Shown: positions 1 through 10,525 of the stretch, piece by piece
Layout of the letters: each line of letters opens with the position of its first letter
How positions within the stretch are numbered: position 1 is the first letter of the stretch
Assembly: GCA_022813865.1 (NCBI GenBank)
Contig: JALDZX010000001.1
Coordinates: 806,001 to 843,651, forward strand
Source of the DNA: Xylographa opegraphella
Lineage: Eukaryota
Direction of reading: 5' to 3'
Length of the DNA stretch: 37,651 bases
Translations under genes and position numbers: made by a program
The notes under the pieces: model-generated
What the model saw: the letters and a program-made list of their open reading frames with translations, nothing else
Databases searched by the model: none
Told to the model about the DNA's origin: nothing

Positions 1-28
1 GAACATATCACATCATAACTGGGCTCAT

Positions 29-1741
29 ATGACTCTGATCGAGAGATTTCCAACGACGATGTTCCGACACTCGCCGTTGAATCCTCAAATGCACGACTTT
101 CGGCTGCTTACGCTTCTCCCCGGCGGAAGAGATGATACGATCAAGTGTACACTTACGGAGGCTTGTTTGCGAGACAGCCTACGCTATGAGGCCCTGTCAT
201 ACACCTGGGCTGGTGAACCAGGGGGGTTTCCTATGATTGAAGTAAACGGACTTCAGTTCCCCGTCTCCCCGAACCTCCATCTAGCACTGTCTCATCTGCG
301 CTCTGAGGTTGTAGATCGAGTCCTGTGGATTGATGCTATCAGCATCGACCAGCTTAATGACAAGGAGAAGGGCGGCCAAATCCAAATGATGGGAGAGATA
401 TACAAGGGGGCCAGCAGAGTCCTTGTATGGTTGGGACAGGCCGCGGAGGATAGCGACTTGGCTATGAGTCTTATTCCAAAGATCAATACCATTACCTTGG
501 ATGATGTCCCCTTCAGTATTGAAGACGACGAGAAGCGTAAGGCTTGGGACGCGCTGCTGAGGTTATTCAGGCGTCCGTGGTGGACTCGATGTTGGGTCAT
601 ACAGGAGATCGCTGCAGCATCTTCTGATCCTTTGGTAGGCTGTGGGAAGGTATGGTTGGATTGGAGTCGCTTTGCACACGCAGTAAATTTGATGAGTGGA
701 TCTGTCTCTGAGAGAGTGTTGCAGACAGCGAGTCCCACGTTTACTTTGATGCAAATTGTTCGAGACGACAAAACCCACAGAATTCAGGATTTGCTGAAGT
801 ACTCGGTGCAGTTCGCCGCGACAGAGGCACAGGATATGGTCTTCTCGCTGCTTGGATTAGTGAACGACGACGACAGATCTGCACTCAAGCTGGATTATTC
901 AAAGTCAGTCAGGCAGGTCTTTACGGAGGTTGCAAAGCATCTTCTCAGGAACGATATCAATGTCCTTTGCTTCTATACTAATTCTTCATGTCACGACCTA
1001 CCATCTTGGGTGCCTGACTGGTCTCGTTTTCAAGCACGATGGCCTTTGTGGATGCCAGGAATGTACAGAGCTGGTAGCGCTCAAAGCAGAAAGATCAGGT
1101 TTATCGGGGATGGTCTCACGTTGATGGCCGAGGGTATCCTCATGGACCAAATAGAACATGTCGATACCAAAAGCCGTTTAACTTTGTCATCATCGCCTGA
1201 TACGGATTCCACACCAGAAGAGGTCGTCGACAATATAGAAGCTCTATTGGAAACCGTTAAGCAGCTCCCAGCATCAAAACGTAAACTTCTCGATCCTCAA
1301 AGATCGGACGCTTTATGGCGGACGCTCGTCACCAATAGATTATTGTTAGGGCGAGCCCACACCATGGGTTCGGAAATTGCTCCACAAAAATTGGGCAAAA
1401 TGTTTGAGGTGTTCCGAAATCGTTCGCCAGTGCCGGCTTTCTTTCATCCTCAGATGCCGCAGCAGCAGAGAAAGCAGGAATATATCAAAGAATTCGTCCA
1501 GAGCATGCAGCTCGGAGACCAGCGGTTCTTCGTGACAGCGGACGGTCGTATGGGAATAGGTCCTCATGCTTTGCGGAAGGACGACGTGCTTGCGATTATA
1601 TTCGGCGCAGATATGCCGTTCGTCTTTCGAGCAAGAGGAGAGAGTTATCAGCTGATAGGATGCTCGTACGTCGACGGTGTCATGAATGGAGAGCTCTTCA
1701 AATCCAAGATGCATGGAAAAAGGACCTTTGTCATCAGATAG
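29..1741 (+). CDS. Heterokaryon incompatibility (HET domain, HET-6-like) protein
   Basis: Intronless 570-aa ORF with HET hallmark motifs: FRLLTL, YEALSYTW, NLHLALSHLR, LWIDAISIDQ, QIQMMGEIYKGASRVLVWLG, RRPWWTRCWVIQE, LPSWVPDWS and C-terminal YQLIGCSYVDGVMNGE. Alternative start ATG at 59. Confidence 0.92.
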   Translation: MTLIERFPTTMFRHSPLNPQMHDFRLLTLLPGGRDDTIKCTLTEACLRDSLRYEALSYTWAGEPGGFPMIEVNGLQFPVSPNLHLALSHLRSEVVDRVLWIDAISIDQLNDKEKGGQIQMMGEIYKGASRVLVWLGQAAEDSDLAMSLIPKINTITLDDVPFSIEDDEKRKAWDALLRLFRRPWWTRCWVIQEIAAASSDPLVGCGKVWLDWSRFAHAVNLMSGSVSERVLQTASPTFTLMQIVRDDKTHRIQDLLKYSVQFAATEAQDMVFSLLGLVNDDDRSALKLDYSKSVRQVFTEVAKHLLRNDINVLCFYTNSSCHDLPSWVPDWSRFQARWPLWMPGMYRAGSAQSRKIRFIGDGLTLMAEGILMDQIEHVDTKSRLTLSSSPDTDSTPEEVVDNIEALLETVKQLPASKRKLLDPQRSDALWRTLVTNRLLLGRAHTMGSEIAPQKLGKMFEVFRNRSPVPAFFHPQMPQQQRKQEYIKEFVQSMQLGDQRFFVTADGRMGIGPHALRKDDVLAIIFGADMPFVFRARGESYQLIGCSYVDGVMNGELFKSKMHGKRTFVIR

Positions 1742-2183
1742 TACTCTGTATCTGGAAAATCTTTCCTGGCATCCGATATGGTTCCATTAGGTCATATCTT
1801 GGACAGATACGACTCGGTCAACGCCTAATCCGTGGCAAGCATCACGCCGTATCATCTTAGCAACGGAGCAGCGACATGACATGGGCAGCAAGTGCAGCTA
1901 AGTTGATAGCACTTATTTCCGAATGATCGGTAGTGGCACGAGCACAGTTCTGACTGAGGTAATGTGTCACCAAAGATGCAACTTACTGGTCGTATTCCAC
2001 AAACATAGCTAGTCCAGAGAGGGCAATAATTGTAGATCCGGAGATGAAATAATCCATTCAACTAGTTTCCGGCTCGATTGGGACATCTGCTCGCGCTAGG
2101 CATTAGGCTGCAACAATCAAAGGTCCAGGTCGCGTATTTGGTAGTAGCATCACGACATACAGAGGTATCGCCTGCTAATTTCT

Positions 2184-3746
2184 ATGGCTCGCGAGCCCGA
2201 AATGGCATTTCAATGTTGGCCGTTAGATGCCAACGAGATCAGGCTACTGAGGCCTGTTTCTCGACCCTCAAAGTCGTCCGTATCTACCCTGGTGGTGGCA
2301 ACAGAAAGCCCGAACGGCCAGCGAAGACATCGCGGACTTCGTTTGTATCATTTCACCAGCAAAGGACAAAGAGGTCTTCGATGTGCCTGGCTCTCAGACA
2401 TTCAGAGTATGGCTTAGAGTAATCTCATTGCGGAAAAGCCCATAGTAGACACGGACTTGGGTTTTCCAGGAATCAACGAGTCCAGAAAGCTACGCGATCA
2501 CCAACGTCGAGGGAGTTAGAGCGCTGCCATCGTCCAGTCAGGTAAAGTTCTTATGCGGCGATCAAGACGCCAGCTGGTCTGACTTTAATGCTACCAGCGT
2601 AGTTGCTTCTAGCATAATAATGACTCCTAAATAGACACACACTTTCTTGTTGGGCGCCCAGAAATCAACCGACAAGCTCAGAGAGTTCCGACAGCAGCGT
2701 ATTCAGCAGGTTCATTGGTCTCTTCTGGAGCTTATCCAGATCCTCCGGCACACGGAGTGTTTTGATCTCAGAGACAAGGTATATGCCTCATTATGCCTAG
2801 CATCTGATGATGTTATTCGCTATATTAGACCCAATTATGCTAGTGAAACAGTTGTCGATGTATACACCGATGTCGTTTGATACTATCTTACACAGCCCGG
2901 CCATGAGTTGGACTTCCTTGGTTATACTCTTTATCAAGAAGGAGCACAAGGTGTGGGAATACCTCGAGGCGTCAAATCTGTATTGCCGTCCTGGATCTCG
3001 AATTTTTCAGCCAACGTTTATATTTTTCCTGTCCCCAAAAAGCCGTACGTTCCAGGAAATCCCGACAAGAAAGGCTTGACATCCTACGATAAGGGAGGTA
3101 TCACCAACAAGGAGAAAGTGCTGGCTGCAGCCTATAACCCTCAGGAGAATACTCCGCCAATAGCTTCAATCAACGATAATAAGCTTTCTGTCAGTGGTGT
3201 ATATCTCGATGTTCTTGAAGACATAATCAGAAATACCGGCCCGGATCTCGACAATGGAATCGCCAGACAAAATGGAACCAAGTGGGCCATAGACTCGAAG
3301 CACAAATCCTTTACGGGAGAAGCGTACGCCGACGCCATGAGCCGAACAGTGGTACTCGCGTAGTTTATGACGAGGTAGGCCGACCCTCAGAGCACGGCAA
3401 TAAAGTTGACTTTGCGTTCTTGCGTAAGTCACATGCCCAGTTTAACCTTGTGGAATACCAGTATCAGATGAAAATGAACACTGCCCAGATTAAAGCGTCA
3501 GCCTCGAGGAACTTGGCATCGAGCCGGAAGCTGTATCTAGTCATGATACCAGTTACTGCGGTGCTTGGAGACATGATCTGGGCTTTGGCTGGAGTTCAGG
3601 CGTTGTACATCTTGAGGTCGACAAATGAAGAGAAGCACCAGTATCATTTCATCGGCGAGTGCTACGCACACGGACTCATGGGTGGAGATATCATGAGAAC
3701 GCTAAAATTAGGAGAAGTGAGGATGGAGGATATTTCTCTGGTTTAG
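2184..3746 (+). pseudogene. Decayed second HET-6-like gene
   Basis: Retains WPLDANEIRLL, SP**TRTWVFQE (TAG TAG at 2443-2448), ECFDLRDKVYASL, LPSWISNF and YHFIGECYAHGLMGG. Further in-frame stops at 2632-2634 (TAG) and 2878-2880 (TGA), a frameshift near 3360, and the YEALSY/LWIDA core is missing. Confidence 0.85.
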
Positions 3747-4590
3747 TAACTGGCACCTTCTGTAAAATGAGATCTTAGGAGGCGCTTTCTGCCGTGTTTT
3801 AGCTTTCCGAGCAAGTGAGACGCTCGAGTCTATGCCCTGAGACATAATGCTGTAAGGTCGGCCCTCTGTTCTATCACTCAAGTAGCAGCCCTGCACTAAT
3901 AGCCCGTATAATAGCTACTGCTGCCAGATCGTTCGGAACGGTACCTAGCCAATCTTGGAGCCAGTGAGGGTTCCTTCGACCATTCCTAGTAGCCAATACG
4001 GCATCGTCAGTGGTCGTTGACTTGCCATAGGAAGCGTATTCCGAGTAAGACTCCATGCGCACACCGATAAGATTCTTTCCTCAAGACATGACTCAGGAAT
4101 CTCAATCACAACTACTCGAGCAACACCCGGACGAGCAGTGATAAACACTGACAGAATCGAAATTTGTGGTAGACTCGATGCCAATTTTCAAACAAGGTAC
4201 TCTCTTTGCATTTGTCATTCATGCCAGTATGGCGATATTGCAATGAAGTAGGTGACAGTGTACGAAGAGCAACCGTTGTCAATCCGGCTTGAGCAGGAAT
4301 GTAATTGTTCTAGAGCACAGTAGATAAAACCTTCATTATCTTGGATAGCAAGGCTCATCGACTGTTGTTGGTTGGAAGCCAATTAGATATATATTGAAGT
4401 TGAGTTTGTCAATCAGCAGCAGTGCACACACCTCTTTCTGTCCTAAATGACCTTAACGCCATTAATTACAGGGCTGACACCCATTCCACTTTCTCATATA
4501 TTCGCATCTTGCCTTCAACCCCACCCCTTGCTAAAATTGCTACCCAAGCAAACCGCAAGACAAAACCCTCATCTCACCAATCCGCTCAAA

Positions 4591-5880
4591 ATGTCCGCCT
4601 CCACCCCACCCCCAACGACATTCTCCCTCTCGGACCTCTCCCTCAAACTCGACACAGCCGCCCACCTCACTCCGCACATCGGGCCCCTCCTCACCACGCC
4701 CCCACCCCCCATCACCACCCTCCTCCTCAACGGCAACACGCTCGGCGTCCCGGCGTGCGAAGCCCTGGCCCCGATCCTTCGCTCGCTCCCCACCCTGCAG
4801 ACCGCCAACCTCGCCGACATCTTCACTTCGCGGCTGCTGGCCGAGATCCCGCCCGCGCTGTCCGCGCTCCTCACCGCGCTGCTCGACTGCCCCGCCTTGC
4901 ACACCGTCGACCTCAGCGACAACGCCTTCGGGCTCAACACCGTCGCGCCGCTGGTCGCCTTCCTGAAAGCGCACGTCCCGCTGCGGCACCTGGTGCTCAA
5001 CAACAACGGGCTGGGCCCGCACGCGGGGGCGCTGATCGCGCAGGCGCTGGAGGAGCTCGCGGCGCGCAAGGAAGAGGCCCGCCGCGCCGGGAGGGAGGTC
5101 CCGGACTTGGAGACCATCGTGTGCGGGCGCAATAGGTTGGAGAGCGGCAGCATGGCGGCGTGGGCGAGCGCGCTGAGGAGGCATCCTGGGGTCAGGGTGG
5201 TGCGGATGACACAGAATGGGATACGGCAGGAGGGGATTGCGATGCTTTTGAGGGAGGGCTTGAGCGCGTGTGAGGGGTTGGAAGTGCTGGATTTGCAGGA
5301 TAACACTTTTACCCTCGTGGGGAGCAGGGCGTTGGCGGGGGTGGTGGAGGGCTGGAAGGGTTTGAGGGAGCTGGGCGTGGGGGATTGCTTACTGGGAGGG
5401 AAGGGGAGCGTATCGGTATTTGGGGTGTTGGCGAAGGGTGTTAATCAGGGGTTGAGGACGCTGCGGGTGCAGTTTGGCGAGGTGGATGGGAGAGGATTAA
5501 GCGAGCTCGTGAGGGCGGTGAAGGGAGGGGCCTTGGAGGGGTTGAGGCGGGTGGAACTCAACGGTAACCGGTTCGCGGAGGATGATGAGCGGGTTGTGGA
5601 GCTGCGGGAGGTATTGGAGGAGAGGAGGGAGGCGGCTGGAGAGGAGGAGGGGGAGGAGTGGGGCATCGATGAGCTTGAGGATATGGAGAGTGAAGAGGAC
5701 GAGGACGAGGAAGACGAGGACGACGAGAAGGATAGGGAGGAGGACGCGGAGGAGGAGGAAAAGGAGATGAAGGCCACTTCGATGTCGAAGGATGCAGATC
5801 TGGAGGAGAATGCACCGGTGGCGGAGAAGGCTGATGCCGAGGTCGATGAACTGGCAGATGCATTGCAGAAGACGATCTAA
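4591..5880 (+). CDS. RNA1: Ran GTPase-activating protein (LRR protein with acidic tail)
   Basis: LRRs with RanGAP motifs LNGNTLGVPAC, ADIFTSRL, VDLSDNAFG, LNNNGLGP, GRNRLESGS, MTQNGIR, LDLQDNTFT and LNGNRF, then a Glu/Asp-rich tail. Likely start is ATG 4591 (context CAAAATG); the ORF is open further upstream to 4447. Confidence 0.95.
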   Translation: MSASTPPPTTFSLSDLSLKLDTAAHLTPHIGPLLTTPPPPITTLLLNGNTLGVPACEALAPILRSLPTLQTANLADIFTSRLLAEIPPALSALLTALLDCPALHTVDLSDNAFGLNTVAPLVAFLKAHVPLRHLVLNNNGLGPHAGALIAQALEELAARKEEARRAGREVPDLETIVCGRNRLESGSMAAWASALRRHPGVRVVRMTQNGIRQEGIAMLLREGLSACEGLEVLDLQDNTFTLVGSRALAGVVEGWKGLRELGVGDCLLGGKGSVSVFGVLAKGVNQGLRTLRVQFGEVDGRGLSELVRAVKGGALEGLRRVELNGNRFAEDDERVVELREVLEERREAAGEEEGEEWGIDELEDMESEEDEDEEDEDDEKDREEDAEEEEKEMKATSMSKDADLEENAPVAEKADAEVDELADALQKTI

Positions 5881-6063
5881 AACGGTGGTGCCGGAATGAA
5901 CTATAGACAGACATTGCTCGATACCATTGCCGCATAAGGACTAGATGAGACTGCGAGAAACACCGAGGAAGCATCTGCGTGCACGGGATAGGATAGACGT
6001 CAATTACAATGACATTGGCATCTTCGTAGCACTTCAGCAGCAGTATCAGGTGAAGCCTTGGTA

Positions 6064-8830
6064 TCATATTGTGGTCAATATTGCTTGAACCCCAACGCTC
6101 CCCACATCCTCCCGACGCAACACATATGGCCTCAAGTCCCCTTTCTCCCACAAGCCGCCGGGGGCACCCCCTTTGCCTCTCAGCCGCTCCCTCAATGCTT
6201 CCGGCCCGATAACGAAGATGTTACCGATCTCTGTGAGGACTTCGAGACTGGGCTGGAAAGCGGGATCCAGCTCCCAGCTTCTGAGAAGTTCGTTGTACTT
6301 GCTGATATCCTTGGTCACTAAAATACCTCCGGCTGCACTGACTTGGAATTTCTTGAAGTGCTCGAGAAGTAGGGTGCGGATGCCGGAGGCGAGTTCGGTG
6401 AGGAAGGTCGTGAGGTTGGCTGAAGTTGACAAGGCGCCAAGAGCAAGGTTATGAACTCTGGTGAGAAAGTTGAAGATAGACAAGCATGTCTGTGTAGATG
6501 CGTCAGCACTCTCGCATGCAAAGAAGCAAAGAAAGAACTTACAGGCGTTTGCAGTAGCTCCATCCACGAGCTAGCTCCCCCGTGCACATCATCTTTTGGT
6601 CTGAAATCAGTCCTTTTCTGTGTCGCCAAGAGCTTGCCAACCCAGGTTAGAGTGACATCAAGTGTTCGATGCATGAGAATGTTGACTTTGTCCTCCATGT
6701 GATTCATTGCCATGTTTGTCATCTTCTCCATGTCTCGTCGTATTGTGACATTTGCAGCAGCAAGTGGAATGAGGACAGTATTGATACAAGTCAGCATCAG
6801 GTGCATGATCGTGATGGCTGACTGTAGATTTTCTAGGTATGAAAGATCTGGTTCGTTTTTCGTATGCTCTTGAGCGGCAGCTGCATCGTTGGCACTATAT
6901 GCCATCCATTATTAGTTGGTTTTATGTTATCTTTAGAAAAACTTACGCATCCAAAGCGGTATCGATATAGAGGTCGCCCATATGAGTGAGTAGCAGGTCG
7001 AGAAGCGCAGAGACGTCCTTTGGAGTCTCGTTCCCTCCACTCAGCTCCAAGCTTCTACCGACCGCTTCCGCGAGCCACTTCAGCATCCGCTTCGCATTGA
7101 TACTGCTCAGGAGCCCGTCTTGTTCACTAAATTCCATTTCCATCTGCCTTTTGGCACTGTCCGTGTCCTTCAGACCAGCTACGCGGAGCAACATTGCCTT
7201 TTGCTGTGGCGCTAGATCTGATGAGTCTAGGCGTTCAACGTACGCATCTTTGGCAGATGCTAGCATCTCACTGCCTGACTTTGCAAGAGATGCAAGAAAC
7301 GTAGTAGGTACTTTTCGTCGTCGAGACTTGTAGCGTATCAGCAGAATGATCAAGTTTGGGAGTCATCACAACTAAACGAACATGAAAAACTGTAAATTTG
7401 AACAATAGCGACGAATAAAGCTCCTCCAGATTCCGCTTCTCCTTTTCGATATATGAAGAACCCACAAAGTATGGTACAAACAAGTCATCAAATTGCTGGT
7501 CTAAAATAAGAGTAGTTTGAGTCGAAAGAACATCCGGATGCTCAGTCAGACCATGTGCCTTGAGATCATCTACTAACGCACTGACATAACTCCGTGAGGC
7601 CTGCAGTGATCTAAGGAATGCCAGTGTAGAAATTGTGTTTGCTTTATTGAGAACCATTTCGAGGCGTTGCTGGATGGACTGCTGGAATACTCGCTGAAGG
7701 AATCGGCCTAGCACTGTTTCGTAATATGGGAAAGCTCTCTTAATAATGGCAGACTCCTCTTGCACCACGACCTTCACTTCGTCAATTAGCGACTGTAAGG
7801 TTGGCTCCACACCTGGAGTATCTGCGTCGGGATCCGCAAGACGCTCCCAGGTATCTATATCGCTGCCAACCTCTTCAGTAATCAGTTGACTCCGGTCGAT
7901 AAAAAACTGATGCTGGTTGACAAACATCCCAATCACGCTTGCACCGCCACCAAAATCCTGGAGCACAGTAGCACAGTCCTTCATGCCTTCGAAATTGGCA
8001 CGTCTGTAGAACTCGTCAAATTGTGTAAGGAGGTCTTTCTCGAGGGTCTCGGAGAACTTTTCAACGATTTCTCTCGTATTATGTCGTGATACATGAGTAC
8101 CATTACTCCCATTGACTCCATTTACGCCATTCAAACCACTCACAACCTTCAAACGCCCATGTACCTGACTCCAGTTACCAGGATCCAATCTTTGGCTAAT
8201 CTTCAGCAGCTGCCGCGCGATTTGGGCACATCGGATCTTAGAATCTCCGGACGCTTGCCTCCTCATATCCTCAAGAAGGTACAGTTCTCCCTTTTCGCTG
8301 ACTTCTAGCCAGCATTGAATGAGGAACTTTGCATCCTGGGCCCGAACGCGTTGCCTGTCCAGCTCCTCAAGTCTCTCCCCGATCTTGATAGCTGCATTGC
8401 CACCGAAGTCATTTTCTTCACCTCTCACATCATTGAGCGAAGCATCCAAATTCCTGAAAGAGTCGATTGTCTCATCAAGCTTCTGCGCCAATGATTGGGC
8501 ATTCGACGTATGTTGAGCCTCAGCTCGTCTGACATTAGCCGAGAGCTCTATTTCCTTCCTTTCAAGGTCACCCGAAAGATCTGACAGTCGCTTGAGAGCA
8601 TGTTCAAATCCTCGGATCAACGGCCTGGGGTCGAACGGTTGTGCGGAAGGCCCTGATCTCCTGTTCGCGGGAACTGTGCTCTCTGTCAACGAATCTATGA
8701 AATCCTTGACAATGAAATCCTGGCTGGAGAAAGTATCGAGGTCGAAGGAGGGAGCCTGCGGGAACAAGGATCGTGTATAATGAGGGGCGCTACTGACAGG
8801 TGACGACGGAGTGTCAGCAGCGCCAGGCAT
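6064..8830 (-). CDS. SEC10: Exocyst complex component Sec10
   Basis: Four exons: 8830-7382, 7326-6947, 6894-6543, 6489-6064. Introns 7381-7327 (GTTCGT..AAG), 6946-6895 (GTAAGT..TAG) and 6542-6490 (GTAAGT..CAG) join the ORF pieces in frame. Motifs FDPRPLIRGFE, FVNQHQFFI, QKRTDFRPKDD, LLEHFKKFQVSAAGGILVTKDI and LRPYVLRRED. Confidence 0.92.
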
Positions 8831-9309
8831 GTTTTCCGTGTAGATAGGGTAATAGTCGATGGGACGCGAAGCTCTCCACCTTTACGCTATGGAACTAGCA
8901 TCATCCTGCTATATAGACAATCACTTGCAGATTTGGTCTGTTCGCCAATCAAGCAGAATAAACACGTTCGACATTCAGACGTTTGGCTGCATAACGTTTA
9001 CAAACACATCTGTTTTGAATTAGAAGCTCGACTTACCCGGTAGTGACACCGACTTGGAAAACGATTGAGCTCGAGTTAGTCAGCACCAAAGCTCTAAGTT
9101 AACTTAGAGATTATGGTCGCCAGCATCAAAAAGCAACGGAAATCTTGCTGAGTGCACGTGTCTAACCACCGCCCCTCATTTCTCGAAGCCCGGCAACTCC
9201 CTGACTCCATTACCAATGGCCCCGTATAGTCCACAACGCTCACACTAACCATCAAGCATACACCCCTTCAAACGACGCCCAACGCTCCAACCCCCATCCG
9301 CCCACAAGC

Positions 9310-10336
9310 ATGGTCCTCTCCCGCGAAACGCTCACCTACCGCCACGACGCCCGCAAGAACGGCACACTGCTCACGCCCGCGCAGCGCGAAGCCCTCGTAG
9401 CGCCGTACCTCCCCGCGGCCAAATCCACACGCTCGACTCCAGCCCGTACGACACGCCCCGTGCGGACGTTCCTCCGGACACAGCTCCACATCCTCGCCTT
9501 CAACGTCATCCACACGCTCTTCTCGCTCTACATCCGCCTGCGGCACGCCTACCACGCCGTGCTCAGCCGCGTGCTCGCCATCCTTTACTACCACCATCGC
9601 ACGCCGGAGCTGATTCGGAAAGACGTGCGGGACCTCTCGCGGCGGCCGAAGCACCTCAGCGTGATATTGGATCTGCAGGCTGGGGACGGGGCGGGCCTGG
9701 AGGCGCTGCTGGACGAGGTGGCGGAGGTGTCGGCGTGGTGCGCGTGCGTGGGCATCCCCATGCTGAGCGTATACGAGCGGACAGGTGTGCTGAAGACGTA
9801 CATCCCCGCGACGCACCGTGCCGTGGCGACGAAGCTGCACGAGTACTTTGGGAAGGATCGCCCGAGTCTACAGGTGCGGGCGCCGCATCTGCCGTCGTTT
9901 CTGAACGGCGACGTGTCGGAGCAGGCGGCGCCAGTAGGAGATTCAGGTAAGCTGTGCTGCGAGAAGTAGAGGATACCGTATAGACTAAGATTGGTGCGTT
10001 CCAGGGCATCTATCCGTACTCCTACTTTCTTCCGAAGACGGCCGCTCTACGATAGTCGATCTTACGAAAACCCTGGCGGAGATGTCGCAGCACCGGAAAC
10101 TCTTGCCGAGCGATATCTCTGCTGATCTTCTCGACGCGGAGATCAGCGAGAGCGTCACGAGCGATCCGGACCTGCTGCTGCTGTTTGGCCCATATGTGAA
10201 TCTGCAAGGGTATCCGCCGTGGCAGCTACGGCTGACGGAGATCTTCCATGTGCAAGATAATGTTGGAGTCGAGTATCAGGTGTTTCTCAGAGCACTGCAT
10301 AATTACGCAAAGGCACAGATGAGATTTGGGAGGTGA
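9310..10336 (+). CDS. NUS1: Dehydrodolichyl diphosphate synthase complex subunit Nus1/NgBR
   Basis: Exons 9310-9946 and 10005-10336, intron 9947-10004 (GTAAGC..CAG). Motifs YYHHRTPELIRKDV, PKHLSVIL, WCACVGIPMLSVYERTGVLK, LLSSEDGR, DPDLLLLFGP, GYPPWQLRLTEI and C-terminal RFGR (RxG). Confidence 0.93.
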
Positions 10337-10525
10337 AGATAGAGCATTGTGTCACAGCGTATCGATGAGCATTTGCATAGCGGGTTGGCATAGATTCAGC
10401 GGTGAACGGCTCCGGAATCGCCAACATCACATTGGCTGGAATGCATAGAACACAAAGCAACATGCTCGAAACAAAGAATCTTTCATGCCAAACGAGATGC
10501 CGTTTCTATCACAAACGTATCTCCT

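Noticed and set aside
3750..4200. Possible decayed minus-strand gene (two same-frame ORFs separated by TAGs; faint ankyrin-like words such as IEQRADLTA)
   Set aside because: No coherent motif in a single frame; the resemblance is too weak without a profile search.
4422..5777. Long overlapping alternative-frame and antisense ORFs over RNA1 (similar ones over NUS1, the sedolisin gene and 20458-21146)
   Set aside because: Expected by-products of high GC and codon bias; low-complexity translations with no family motifs.
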